The notes beneath the pieces are model-generated. The model was given only the letters and a program-made list of their open reading frames with translations. It ran no database searches and had not been told where the DNA came from. From Nitrosopumilus sp. (GTDB taxonomy: Archaea > Thermoproteota > Nitrososphaeria > Nitrososphaerales > Nitrosopumilaceae), in assembly GCA_025699075.1 (NCBI GenBank), contig JAILWG010000002.1, forward strand, positions 56,048 through 120,047: a DNA stretch of 64,000 bases, written 5' to 3'. Positions within the stretch are counted from its first letter, which is position 1. Each line of letters begins with the position of its first letter. This document shows, piece by piece, positions 1-8,526 of this stretch. The position numbers and the translations under genes are program-made.

Positions 1-31
1 TCGAATTTTCATCTATTTCCTTTGTAATCAT
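1..31 (-). CDS. Possible 5' end of a gene running off the left edge (MITKEIDENS...)
   Basis: ATG at 31-29 on the minus strand, open to the window edge, with an AT-rich TATA-like tract upstream. Only 10 codons are visible. Confidence 0.3.
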   Translation of the reverse strand, partial: MITKEIDENS

Positions 32-63
32 GATATTATTCCAATTTACAAAAAGAAAAGAGT

Positions 64-480
64 TTAGCTAGTGGTTTCTTCATTTTTTGGTTCTTGAGAT
101 TTCTTTTTTAGATAATTCTCAACCCATTCCAAAGTTAGAACTCCTGATTCAGACAAATTTGTTAAAGAGTTTGCAGATGCTTCTCCTGTCACTTTGCCAT
201 TGTTTCTTCTAATTTGTCTCCATTTCAGAGAAGTGTTTCCACTCTTTGAATTATAGATAATTCCTAGAATGTCTTTAGCATTTACGAATGTAATATCTCT
301 GATTTTTTTCAAAGTTACTTTGTCAGCTGCTTCTACATAAATTGCTCCTAGACTGTCCTCTCTTTCTGCAAAAACCTCAAAATCTTCCAAATAAGCTCTT
401 GGTGCATAAGATTTGCAAGTACTAGAGATGACAAACCTTCTAAAGCTTTCCAATGAGGCAGGAGTATCTATTGTAACCAT
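64..480 (-). CDS. Conserved hypothetical protein (thaumarchaeal type)
   Basis: ORF track 64..564. Start moved to Met29 (MVTIDTP..., 480) because the longer start overlaps the predicted C/D sRNA and a TATA-like tract lies about 25-30 nt upstream of 480. Confidence 0.7.
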   Translation of the reverse strand: MVTIDTPASLESFRRFVISSTCKSYAPRAYLEDFEVFAEREDSLGAIYVEAADKVTLKKIRDITFVNAKDILGIIYNSKSGNTSLKWRQIRRNNGKVTGEASANSLTNLSESGVLTLEWVENYLKKKSQEPKNEETTS

Positions 481-555
481 TTTGAAAGAATGAACTATTG
501 GCCATTTATCAAGCTTCTTGAAAGACTCAATAGGAATCCGCTTGAAATATGCCTT

Positions 556-615
556 GCAGGCCATGATGTACCTATCCCTTTGATTGATGATGAGGATCTT
601 GAGTTCTGAGCCTGC
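556..615 (+). ncRNA. Box C/D guide sRNA (predicted Cm34 guide for tRNA-Leu(CAA))
   Basis: Terminal stem GCAGGC(556-561)/GCCTGC(610-615), C box ATGATGT(563-569), D' TTGA(580-583), C' ATGATGA(587-593), D guide GGATCTTGAGTT(594-605), D box CTGA(606-609). Confidence 0.85.
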
Positions 616-651
616 CTTAGGATTTTAATTGATGATAAAAATTAACAAAAC

Positions 652-1071
652 ATGAAATCTCTTACTGAGTATTTGACTTTTGAAGTTAAAACCAGAAGAG
701 CCTTTGTCAATATTACTTCTGATGTAAGAAAATTAGTAACTAAAAGCAAAGTTCAGGAGGGTCTTTGTCTGGTAAATGCAATGCATATCACCGCAAGTGT
801 TTTCATTAATGACAATGAAGGTGGATTACTCCATGATTATGAAAAATGGTTAGAAGGATTGGCTCCACATGCACCAACTTCACAATATGATCATAACAAA
901 ACAGGAGAAGACAATGCAGATGCACATCTAAAAAGACAAATTATGGGACGAGAAGTTGTTGTTGCCATAACTAATGGTGAGTTAGATTTTGGACCGTGGG
1001 AAGAAATTTTCTATGGGGAATTTGACGGAAAAAGACCAAAAAGAGTTTTAGTTAAAATTATTGGCGAATAA
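652..1071 (+). CDS. yjbQ: YjbQ/UPF0047 family protein
   Basis: Family motifs [18 protein letters not shown] and [20 protein letters not shown]; 139 aa. Confidence 0.9.
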   Translation: MKSLTEYLTFEVKTRRAFVNITSDVRKLVTKSKVQEGLCLVNAMHITASVFINDNEGGLLHDYEKWLEGLAPHAPTSQYDHNKTGEDNADAHLKRQIMGREVVVAITNGELDFGPWEEIFYGEFDGKRPKRVLVKIIGE

Positions 1072-1236
1072 TTATCCGAAATCTGCATCACGTTTTTGAC
1101 TTTGTGATTCGTTCTTTCTTGCAGCATCTCTGAATTCGTCATTATGATTTTGAGGACCATGCCCACATTTTACACATGCAATTTTGAATCCATCTTCATT
1201 TTTTTCATATGTTTCACATCCACAGAAACATGCCAT
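1072..1236 (-). CDS. Small Cys/His-rich putative zinc-finger protein (54 aa), absent from the ORF track
   Basis: Manual translation: MACFCGCETYEKNEDGFKIACVKCGHGPQNHNDEFRDAARKNESQSQKRDADFG*. It fills the gap downstream of the co-oriented DtxR gene, and its stop abuts the yjbQ stop. Confidence 0.7.
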   Translation of the reverse strand: MACFCGCETYEKNEDGFKIACVKCGHGPQNHNDEFRDAARKNESQSQKRDADFG

Positions 1237-1277
1237 GATTGAATATGATTTCTAAGATGATATATCTTTTGGGTTGT

Positions 1278-1733
1278 TCAAGCGGATTTGCAACATTCGC
1301 CCATTGGAATTTCATGATCATGCGGACATTTTCTTGGATGCTTTAGCATTACACAAAGGGCATCTGTAAATTGTTTGTTCATATGATGTTCAATTCCACA
1401 AACCATCTCCTCATCAATTTCTACTTTGAGTGCACTATCCATTAGAACTTCAAGCAGTCTGCTGTTTCGCATCATGCTTGCCCCTATTCTTTCACCGTCA
1501 TCTGTTAATTTTACACCTGCTTTATTGTAATTTACAAGATTTTTCAAATTTAATTTCTTAAGCATTTGAACAACACTTGGTTGTCTGACATTGAGCATTT
1601 TTGCAATTGTGCTAATTTTCACATCCTCGCCCCTTTCTTTAATATGCCAAATTGCTTTAAGATACATCTCTACATGCTCTGCTTCAGCAGTTCCTACAAA
1701 GAGAGTCTCTTCGTTATCATCTAATGCATCCAT
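1278..1733 (-). CDS. DtxR/MntR family metal-dependent transcriptional regulator
   Basis: EMYLKAIW, wHTH IAKMLNVRQPSVVQMLKKL, EH motif (CGIEHHM) and C-terminal P-x-x-CPH-x-x-x-IP. Confidence 0.9.
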   Translation of the reverse strand: MDALDDNEETLFVGTAEAEHVEMYLKAIWHIKERGEDVKISTIAKMLNVRQPSVVQMLKKLNLKNLVNYNKAGVKLTDDGERIGASMMRNSRLLEVLMDSALKVEIDEEMVCGIEHHMNKQFTDALCVMLKHPRKCPHDHEIPMGECCKSA

Positions 1734-1734
1734 G

Positions 1735-2502
1735 CTATACCTTCTTTGAATCTTTTAATAAATATTCAAAGTATTGACGTGCAAATCCTGCCAATCCTGC
1801 ATGATCTGCCCAGATTGCAACAACTTCTGAAGAATTCACACCTCCTATTTCGGGGCCTAACAGAATTACGACATATCTTTTATCTGAAATTATTCCTCCA
1901 CCAAAAAGCCCTTTCTTGATTGTTACAGTAGCAACTCGTTTAATTGCCTTGATTGATTCTTTATCCATTTTATCTGATGTTAAAATTGTAATATCTACTC
2001 CTTTATCATGGAGTGATCTTAATTTTGGTAATGCTTGTTTAACCAGTTCTACTCCAGCTTCTGGCAATGCAATCATTACTTCATTTCTACAAGTCTCGAC
2101 CATTTCTAAAATTTTAGCTGCAATGTTTACTGCACCTGATAATACCCAAATGTCTGGTCTTTCACTAGTTCCACTTTTTTCATATAATGGAACTAGCTCA
2201 TTTAGAATTACATTTTGATTCTGTGAAAAGTCTGTCTCCATTTTTTGTTTTGTAGTTTCTAGACCTGTAGATGGTGACTTTGCAAAGTATTTTGTTGGTC
2301 TTGAATCATCTGAACCAATCCACCCTTTTTCTTCTAATGTTCCCAACACTTCATAAATTTTTGAATATGGAACTCCTGATTTTTGGCTGAGATCCGATGC
2401 TGTTAATTCTCCTGATTTGAGCAATGCTGAAAATGTTCTGATTTCATAACTGGTGAGTCCAATTTTTTCTAATGCCTTTCGTGTTTTATCAGATATGCTC
2501 AT
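1735..2502 (-). CDS. TrmB family transcriptional regulator
   Basis: N-terminal GLTSYE...SGVPYSKIYEVLGTLEEKGWI...RPTKY wHTH plus a C-terminal effector domain. Confidence 0.9.
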   Translation of the reverse strand: MSISDKTRKALEKIGLTSYEIRTFSALLKSGELTASDLSQKSGVPYSKIYEVLGTLEEKGWIGSDDSRPTKYFAKSPSTGLETTKQKMETDFSQNQNVILNELVPLYEKSGTSERPDIWVLSGAVNIAAKILEMVETCRNEVMIALPEAGVELVKQALPKLRSLHDKGVDITILTSDKMDKESIKAIKRVATVTIKKGLFGGGIISDKRYVVILLGPEIGGVNSSEVVAIWADHAGLAGFARQYFEYLLKDSKKV

Positions 2503-2548
2503 ATGCGATCTAGTCGATCAGTTTTGATATTTAAATCAGGTATGCCTA

Positions 2549-2578
2549 CCTACTAAATTACCCACGGGGGCTAGTAGG
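2549..2578. promoter_or_regulatory. Inverted repeat between the divergent trmB-like and tes promoters (candidate operator)
   Basis: CCTACTA(2549-2555)-N16-TAGTAGG(2572-2578), flanked by TATA-like TTTAAAT (about 2530-2536) and TTATATAT (about 2587-2594). Confidence 0.4.
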
Positions 2579-2620
2579 AAATGGATTATATATCATCTCA
2601 GAAAAATCACCAATATAGGT

Positions 2621-4285
2621 ATGGCATTAATTCAGATATCCAATCAATCAACTAAAAATTTAGGAAAAAAGTCCACTATTAGATTCACTCAAAGTATCTG
2701 TCCAGACTGTAACATGATTCTGGATGCTGAAGTCTTTGAGAGAGACAATCAAGTTTTCATGTCAAAAGTCTGTCCAACTCACGGCGAATGTGAGGAATTG
2801 TATTTTGGTTCTTATGAAATGTACAAGAAATTCAGCACTTACTGGATGGATGGCAAGGGTGCTCATTCTCCAAACGTAATGATTGACAAATGTTCATGTC
2901 CAAACAACTGTGGATTGTGTTCAAATCACCTATCTCACAGTGGATTGGCAAACATGATTGTAACTAATAGATGTGATTTGACATGCTGGTACTGTTTCTT
3001 TTATGTAAAGAAAGGACTTGAAGGCGCTTACATGTACGAACCAGACCACACTCAAGTTAGAGGCATGATGAAGACTCTGAGATCTGAGAGACCAATTCCA
3101 GGAAACTCTATGCAAATTACTGGTGGTGAACCAATGCTTAGAGAAGATATTGCCGATGTTATCAAAATAATGAAAGAAGAAGGTGTTGACCATATTCAAA
3201 TGAACACCAATGGCATCAGACACGCAATGGATCCAGAGGCTGCAAGAGAAGTAAGACTTGCAGGATGTAACAACTTGTATCTTTCCTTTGACGGTGTAAC
3301 TGCAAGAACAAACCCTAAAAACCACTGGGAAATTCCATATGCACTTGACAGTTGCAGAAAAACAGGTACTACAGTAGTATTTGTCCCAACAGTAATCAAA
3401 TCAATTAATGACCATGAACTAGGTGGAATTATCAGATATGCACAAAAGAACATGGATGTAGTTCATGCAGTAAACTTCCAACCTGTGTCATTAACTGGAA
3501 GAATGGGTAAATCTGAACGTGAAAAATACAGAATCACCGTACCTGATTGTGTTCAAAGAATTGAAGAACAAACAAACGGTGAAGTAACTGTTGATGACTG
3601 GTTCCCAGTCCCAAGTTGTATGCCATTAACAAATGTAATTGAAGCATTTTCAAGCAAACCAAAGTATGAATTATCAATTCACTTTGCTTGTGGTGCAGGA
3701 ACATACATCTTTGAAGATGCAGATACAAAGAAGTTTGTACCATTAACAAAATTCTGTGATATTCAGGGAATGTTGGAACTATTTGAAGATAAAGCAGAAG
3801 AAATTCGCTCTGGTAAAAACAAGTACTTTACAATGCTTGAAGTTGTAAGAAAACTCAAAGGCTTTGTTGATACAAAGAAACAACCAGCAGGATTAGACTT
3901 GGCAAAAATGTTTGGTAACATACTCATGAAGAGATCATTTGATTCAGTTGGTTCATGGCACGTCAAAGGATTATTCCTTGGTATGATGCACTTTCAAGAC
4001 AAATACAATGAAGACTTAGAAAGATTACAAAGATGTGATATTCACTATGTAACTCCAGACCTTAGAATAGTTCCATTTTGTGCATTTAATGTAATTCCAG
4101 AATGGTATAGAGATAGAATTCAAAAGAAATATTCTATCACTGTAGAGGAATGGGAAGAACGAGAAGGTGTCAAACTCGAAGATGGTCTTTACAGAGGTCT
4201 TATGAGACGTGGAGCAGGTGATGAACTTGCTGCTGGCTGTGCAAAGAGTCAGATGTTCCATGACGCTGCTCAAGCTACAATGTAA
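2621..4285 (+). CDS. tes: Tetraether lipid synthase (GDGT-MAS, MJ0619-type radical SAM)
   Basis: N-terminal CPDC...CPTHG metal site, CPNNCGLC..H auxiliary cluster motif, CDLTCWYC radical SAM motif, GGEP, and C-terminal RCDIHY...IVPFCAFN; 554 aa. Confidence 0.9.
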   Translation: MALIQISNQSTKNLGKKSTIRFTQSICPDCNMILDAEVFERDNQVFMSKVCPTHGECEELYFGSYEMYKKFSTYWMDGKGAHSPNVMIDKCSCPNNCGLCSNHLSHSGLANMIVTNRCDLTCWYCFFYVKKGLEGAYMYEPDHTQVRGMMKTLRSERPIPGNSMQITGGEPMLREDIADVIKIMKEEGVDHIQMNTNGIRHAMDPEAAREVRLAGCNNLYLSFDGVTARTNPKNHWEIPYALDSCRKTGTTVVFVPTVIKSINDHELGGIIRYAQKNMDVVHAVNFQPVSLTGRMGKSEREKYRITVPDCVQRIEEQTNGEVTVDDWFPVPSCMPLTNVIEAFSSKPKYELSIHFACGAGTYIFEDADTKKFVPLTKFCDIQGMLELFEDKAEEIRSGKNKYFTMLEVVRKLKGFVDTKKQPAGLDLAKMFGNILMKRSFDSVGSWHVKGLFLGMMHFQDKYNEDLERLQRCDIHYVTPDLRIVPFCAFNVIPEWYRDRIQKKYSITVEEWEEREGVKLEDGLYRGLMRRGAGDELAAGCAKSQMFHDAAQATM

Positions 4286-4380
4286 TCAATTATTTTTTAA
4301 TTAGATTATTTTCAATATTTTACCTCTTTCCTATATCGTTTTTAAAAAAGTTTTTCAATTAAAGAAAAAATTATTTTTTA

Positions 4381-4803
4381 ATGAAAAACGAATTATCAAT
4401 TTCTCAAACATTGGTTTTTCTTGAAATATTACAGATTTTACGAAATGAAAAAAACATTCTTGCACGAAAAGCAATTTACGAATGTTACATAGATAAAAAA
4501 TCCACAAATCAAGAAAAAAGATCATTTATTGAAAAACTATATGGTGATTTTGACGAGATTGGCTATCTTGTAAAAGAATTCAATCTACAAGAAAAGTTAT
4601 TTCCATTATATTCAGATACTATTAGAAGAGTTTGGATTGTTATGGAAAAAGACATCAAAAAAGAACAAATTGAAAGGAAAAATCAAGATCCAAATAGCCT
4701 TGAATTTGGTTATTATTTTACACATCTAGCTATTCATGCAAAAAAATATCGCGATAAAAACAATCTAAAGGAACCTGGATTTTCTGATCTTAGAAATTTA
4801 TAA
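4381..4803 (+). CDS. Hypothetical protein
   Basis: 140-aa ATG ORF with no recognisable motif, at the left edge of the island. Confidence 0.55.
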   Translation: MKNELSISQTLVFLEILQILRNEKNILARKAIYECYIDKKSTNQEKRSFIEKLYGDFDEIGYLVKEFNLQEKLFPLYSDTIRRVWIVMEKDIKKEQIERKNQDPNSLEFGYYFTHLAIHAKKYRDKNNLKEPGFSDLRNL

Positions 4804-4916
4804 TTAAATATTAGAAATATGTGCTAACAGATAATTCATATCTTAAAATAACTTTTTTCAGATTTTTCAAATCATTTAATCCTAAAACCTATAATGGAAA
4901 AGATGTTTATCCTTAT

Positions 4917-5933
4917 ATGAGAATTTTGATGATCTCTCCCACAAGCTCTGGAATAGGAGGGATAGCTCAACATGTTCAAGGATTAAAAAATTTTTTAGAA
5001 AGTGAAGGAAATCATGTTGAAGTAATCTCATCAAATAATACATTTACAATTCCAATTAAAGGATTGAAAAATCCCAGCTTCATGATTTCATCTTATTTAA
5101 AATCAAAATTTAAAAATGATTTTGATATTGTTCATGCACAAAATCCAGTGTCTGCAATTGCCATGAAAAATGTAAAAGGCAAAAAAATACTTTCATTACA
5201 GGGAAATTTTTCAGAACAAATTTCACTATTACATGGAAATACGGCAGGTAGTATATCCTCCAAATTGGAAAAAAATGCGTTAAAATGGGCTGATGTAATT
5301 ACAGTGCCATCAAAAGAAATGTATGAAGAGTACACAAAAAATGGTTACAAAGTTACTCATATCCCTAACGCTATTGACATATCGTCATTTCCAGAAGGCG
5401 AAGATAGAAGATATGAAAAACAACTTATCTATGCAGGCAGGCTATCTGAAGAAAAAGGAATTTTAGATTTATTGGAAGTTTCAAAAAAATTATCCAAAGA
5501 CACAGATCTTATTATTGTAGGATCTGGTCCTGAAGAATCAAAAGTTAAAGAAATTGCAAAAAAATTACCAAATATTCATTTTGTAGGATATCAACCAAAA
5601 GAAAATACGATAAAATTAATTCGTGGCTCAGATATTCTTATTCAGCCTTCAATTATGGAAGGCGGTACAAGTTCAACACTCTTAGAAGCTATGGCATGCA
5701 AAACACCAATAATTGCAACATCTGTTGGTGGAAATAAAGAAACAATAATTCACATGAAAACTGCTTATGTTGTAACACCTAATCGGCCATCAGAAATTTT
5801 TGATGCAATTGATGACCTCTTGAAAAGTCCAGATAAACGAGAGATTTTATCTAAATCTGCATATGAACTTGTACAAAATTATGACTGGAAAAATATAGGC
5901 AAAAAATATCTGGATGTCTATAATAGTATCTAG
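4917..5933 (+). CDS. Glycosyltransferase family 4 (GT-B)
   Basis: MRILMISP...GGIAQHV, YAGRLSEEKG, EGGTSSTLLEAMACKTPIIATSVGG. Start moved to Met33 of the track ORF. Confidence 0.9.
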   Translation: MRILMISPTSSGIGGIAQHVQGLKNFLESEGNHVEVISSNNTFTIPIKGLKNPSFMISSYLKSKFKNDFDIVHAQNPVSAIAMKNVKGKKILSLQGNFSEQISLLHGNTAGSISSKLEKNALKWADVITVPSKEMYEEYTKNGYKVTHIPNAIDISSFPEGEDRRYEKQLIYAGRLSEEKGILDLLEVSKKLSKDTDLIIVGSGPEESKVKEIAKKLPNIHFVGYQPKENTIKLIRGSDILIQPSIMEGGTSSTLLEAMACKTPIIATSVGGNKETIIHMKTAYVVTPNRPSEIFDAIDDLLKSPDKREILSKSAYELVQNYDWKNIGKKYLDVYNSI

Positions 5934-5977
5934 TTTTTTAATTCATATGTTTTTATATTAAATTTGAACTTTAAACT

Positions 5978-7318
5978 GTGAAAAGATTGAAAGTAAGTTT
6001 TGTAAGAGCAAGATATCCTAGTGTTTGGGAACCCACCAATCTAATGTATGTTTCAGCGTTCATTAAAAATAGATATCAAGGTAATCTTGAGGTGCAAATT
6101 TTAGATGGTTTTTTTGATACTGATGAAGAAATTCTAAATAAAATTTCAGGTTCAGATTATGTGGGTTTTAGTGGAACAACACCACAAGTACCACATATCA
6201 AAAAATTAAGCAAATTGGTAAAAGAAGAATATCCTCACATGAAAACAGTTGCTGGAGGTTATGGGCCATCATTACAGCCATTTTTATTTTTAAATGATCC
6301 GACAATTGACTTTCTAATTGTTGGTGAAGGTGAACAATCTATGTTGGACGTTCTTAATGGTGATGCTACGCAGAAATTAGTAAGCAATCAACCTATAATG
6401 GATGTAGATTCAATTCCCAACCCTGATAGAGACTCAATTGATCTTAATCGATATATTTCAATTGCTGAAAAAGATGAAGGAAGAAGAGTCACGTCAATCA
6501 TGACTGAAAGAGGTTGTGCATTTGGTTGTACATTTTGTGCAGAAGGTCAATTTGGAACTATCTGGAGAAAAGCAGATCTTAGTAATAAAAAACTTGAATA
6601 TGATAGAGCTGTAAGATTACGACAAAGAAGTGCAAAATTTGTTGTGGAAGAAATGTTAGAAGTCAGAGATCGATTTAATATTACATTTTTTAAAATGAAC
6701 GATGCTGAAACAAATCCTTCAAAACCACATTTCATAAATCTGTGTAAAGAAATGATCAAACAGGAAGTAAATGTCCCATGGGGTTGTAATATGAGATGCG
6801 ATAAAGTAGATGATGAAATATGTGAATTAGCAGTAAAGGCAAATTGTGAAGAATTTTGGATGGGACTAGAATCAGGTTCTCCAGAAATTCATCGTGATAT
6901 CAATAAAGGGACCACTGTTGAAATGATCAAAAGAGCTTTTGATGTTTCCAAAAAATATGGAATCAAAAGAAGAACTTATGCTTTATTGGGAACTCCTCTA
7001 GAAACTTATGAGACAATTAAACAGACAGAAGAATTAATTGATTATGTTGATCCTGAAATAATTGGATTTTCAATTTTAGCTCCATATCCTGGAACCGCAT
7101 ATTGGAAACCCGAATATGAAAAATTAGATTGGTCTCAAATTGATGAATTTTCTAACACAACATGGAGTTCAAGTAAATTGACAAATAAAGAATTACGAAC
7201 TGAACAAGCACGATTAATTGAAAAGTATTCTGATAAACTTGCTCCAATAATTAGAAAAAAGCAAAAATTAGGAATTGGTGGCTCTCAAACACTTGATTCC
7301 ATAATGGGTGCAATGTAA
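5978..7318 (+). CDS. Cobalamin-binding radical SAM protein (class B methylase-like)
   Basis: N-terminal B12-binding domain (VAGGYGPS, VGEGE), RGCAFGCTFC CxxxCxxC motif, GLESGS, PYPGT. Confidence 0.85.
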   Translation: MKRLKVSFVRARYPSVWEPTNLMYVSAFIKNRYQGNLEVQILDGFFDTDEEILNKISGSDYVGFSGTTPQVPHIKKLSKLVKEEYPHMKTVAGGYGPSLQPFLFLNDPTIDFLIVGEGEQSMLDVLNGDATQKLVSNQPIMDVDSIPNPDRDSIDLNRYISIAEKDEGRRVTSIMTERGCAFGCTFCAEGQFGTIWRKADLSNKKLEYDRAVRLRQRSAKFVVEEMLEVRDRFNITFFKMNDAETNPSKPHFINLCKEMIKQEVNVPWGCNMRCDKVDDEICELAVKANCEEFWMGLESGSPEIHRDINKGTTVEMIKRAFDVSKKYGIKRRTYALLGTPLETYETIKQTEELIDYVDPEIIGFSILAPYPGTAYWKPEYEKLDWSQIDEFSNTTWSSSKLTNKELRTEQARLIEKYSDKLAPIIRKKQKLGIGGSQTLDSIMGAM

Positions 7319-7358
7319 AGGAAAAACGCTTAAGAAAAGGATTTTAAAAAATTATATC

Positions 7359-8513
7359 ATGATCAAAAGGTTTGGAAAAGAAGAAATTAATGCTGTCATA
7401 AAATCTATCAATAAAGCATCTTTACTTTCTGGATATACAAATAAATTTCTTGGAGGGGAAGTTCTACAAAAATTTGAAAAAGAATTTGCAAGACTTCATA
7501 ATTGTAAATATGGTGTTTCTGTAAATTCTGGAACTAGTGCATTATTTGTGGCTCAATTAGCTTCAGGTGTAAAAAATAAAACCAAAGTTTCTGTACCTCC
7601 AATTACATTTACTGCAACCATATCACAAGTAATTGCTTCTGGAGGCATACCTTCGTTTACAGATATAGATCCACAATCTTACTGTATGGATTATGATTTT
7701 AAAAATAAAACAAAATTTGCAATCCCTGTCCATTTGTTAGGACATCCATGTAATTTTGAAATGATCAAACAGATGAAAGAAAGTGATATGTTTGTAATTG
7801 AAGATTGTGCACAAGCTATGGGTGCTAAACACAAAAATAAAATTGTGGGCAGTATGGGCGATTGTGGAATTTTTAGCTTTCAGGAAACAAAGCACATTAC
7901 AACATTAGGTGAGGGTGGAATAATTATAACAAATAATGAAGAATTTGCAGAAAAATGTAGAAGAATTAGAAATCATGGAGAATATTATAAAGATGATAAC
8001 ATTGTGGGATTTAATTTTAGGTTAACTGAGATTCAAGCGGCTTTTGGATTAGCTCAAATAAAACGTCTACCAAAAATATTGAAAGATTTTAGAAAAAATG
8101 CAAATTATATAATGAAAAATCTTCCAGAAATAATTTCCCCACCTATAATTCCGAAAGATATTGAGCATTCATTTCTAATTTTGGGTTGTAAATACGATGC
8201 AAAAAAATCTGGTCTGTCTAGAGAAAAATTTTTAGAGAAACTAACAAAAAATAGAAAAAAATTTCTTGCAAATGAACAGACTTCAGATATCAAAGGATTG
8301 AATTTCAGACCTGGAAAAATTATTAGTTCTGGGTATAAAACTACACAATATAATGTTCCTCTTTATAGGAAATATCGTCCAAAGAACAAGTCTGCTAATG
8401 CTGAAGATTTTGTAAAAACTAGCTTTTTCTTAGATATTCACAGATGGAGAACACAAACTGAAATCGATGAAGAATTAAGAATTTTACATAAAACTAACCA
8501 AGAAATAAAGTAA
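7359..8513 (+). CDS. DegT/DnrJ/EryC1/StrS NDP-sugar aminotransferase
   Basis: NSGTSAL, IEDCAQAMG, and FSFQETKHITTLGEGG (PLP lysine). Start moved to Met18. Confidence 0.92.
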   Translation: MIKRFGKEEINAVIKSINKASLLSGYTNKFLGGEVLQKFEKEFARLHNCKYGVSVNSGTSALFVAQLASGVKNKTKVSVPPITFTATISQVIASGGIPSFTDIDPQSYCMDYDFKNKTKFAIPVHLLGHPCNFEMIKQMKESDMFVIEDCAQAMGAKHKNKIVGSMGDCGIFSFQETKHITTLGEGGIIITNNEEFAEKCRRIRNHGEYYKDDNIVGFNFRLTEIQAAFGLAQIKRLPKILKDFRKNANYIMKNLPEIISPPIIPKDIEHSFLILGCKYDAKKSGLSREKFLEKLTKNRKKFLANEQTSDIKGLNFRPGKIISSGYKTTQYNVPLYRKYRPKNKSANAEDFVKTSFFLDIHRWRTQTEIDEELRILHKTNQEIK

Positions 8514-8526
8514 TCAATTTATTAAA

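Noticed and set aside
481-564. N-terminal extension of ORF 64..564
   Set aside because: It overlaps the C/D sRNA and the likely promoter. Met29 is the more plausible start.
2621-4285. Annotation as a MoaA-like protein or hydroxymethylpterin dimethyltransferase
   Set aside because: This is a legacy label for the MJ0619 family. The motif set and organism fit tetraether synthase.
5978-7318. GDGT ring synthase (GrsA/B) call based on proximity to tes
   Set aside because: I see no Grs-specific features, and the composition and operon context tie it to sugar genes. Kept only as an alternative hypothesis.
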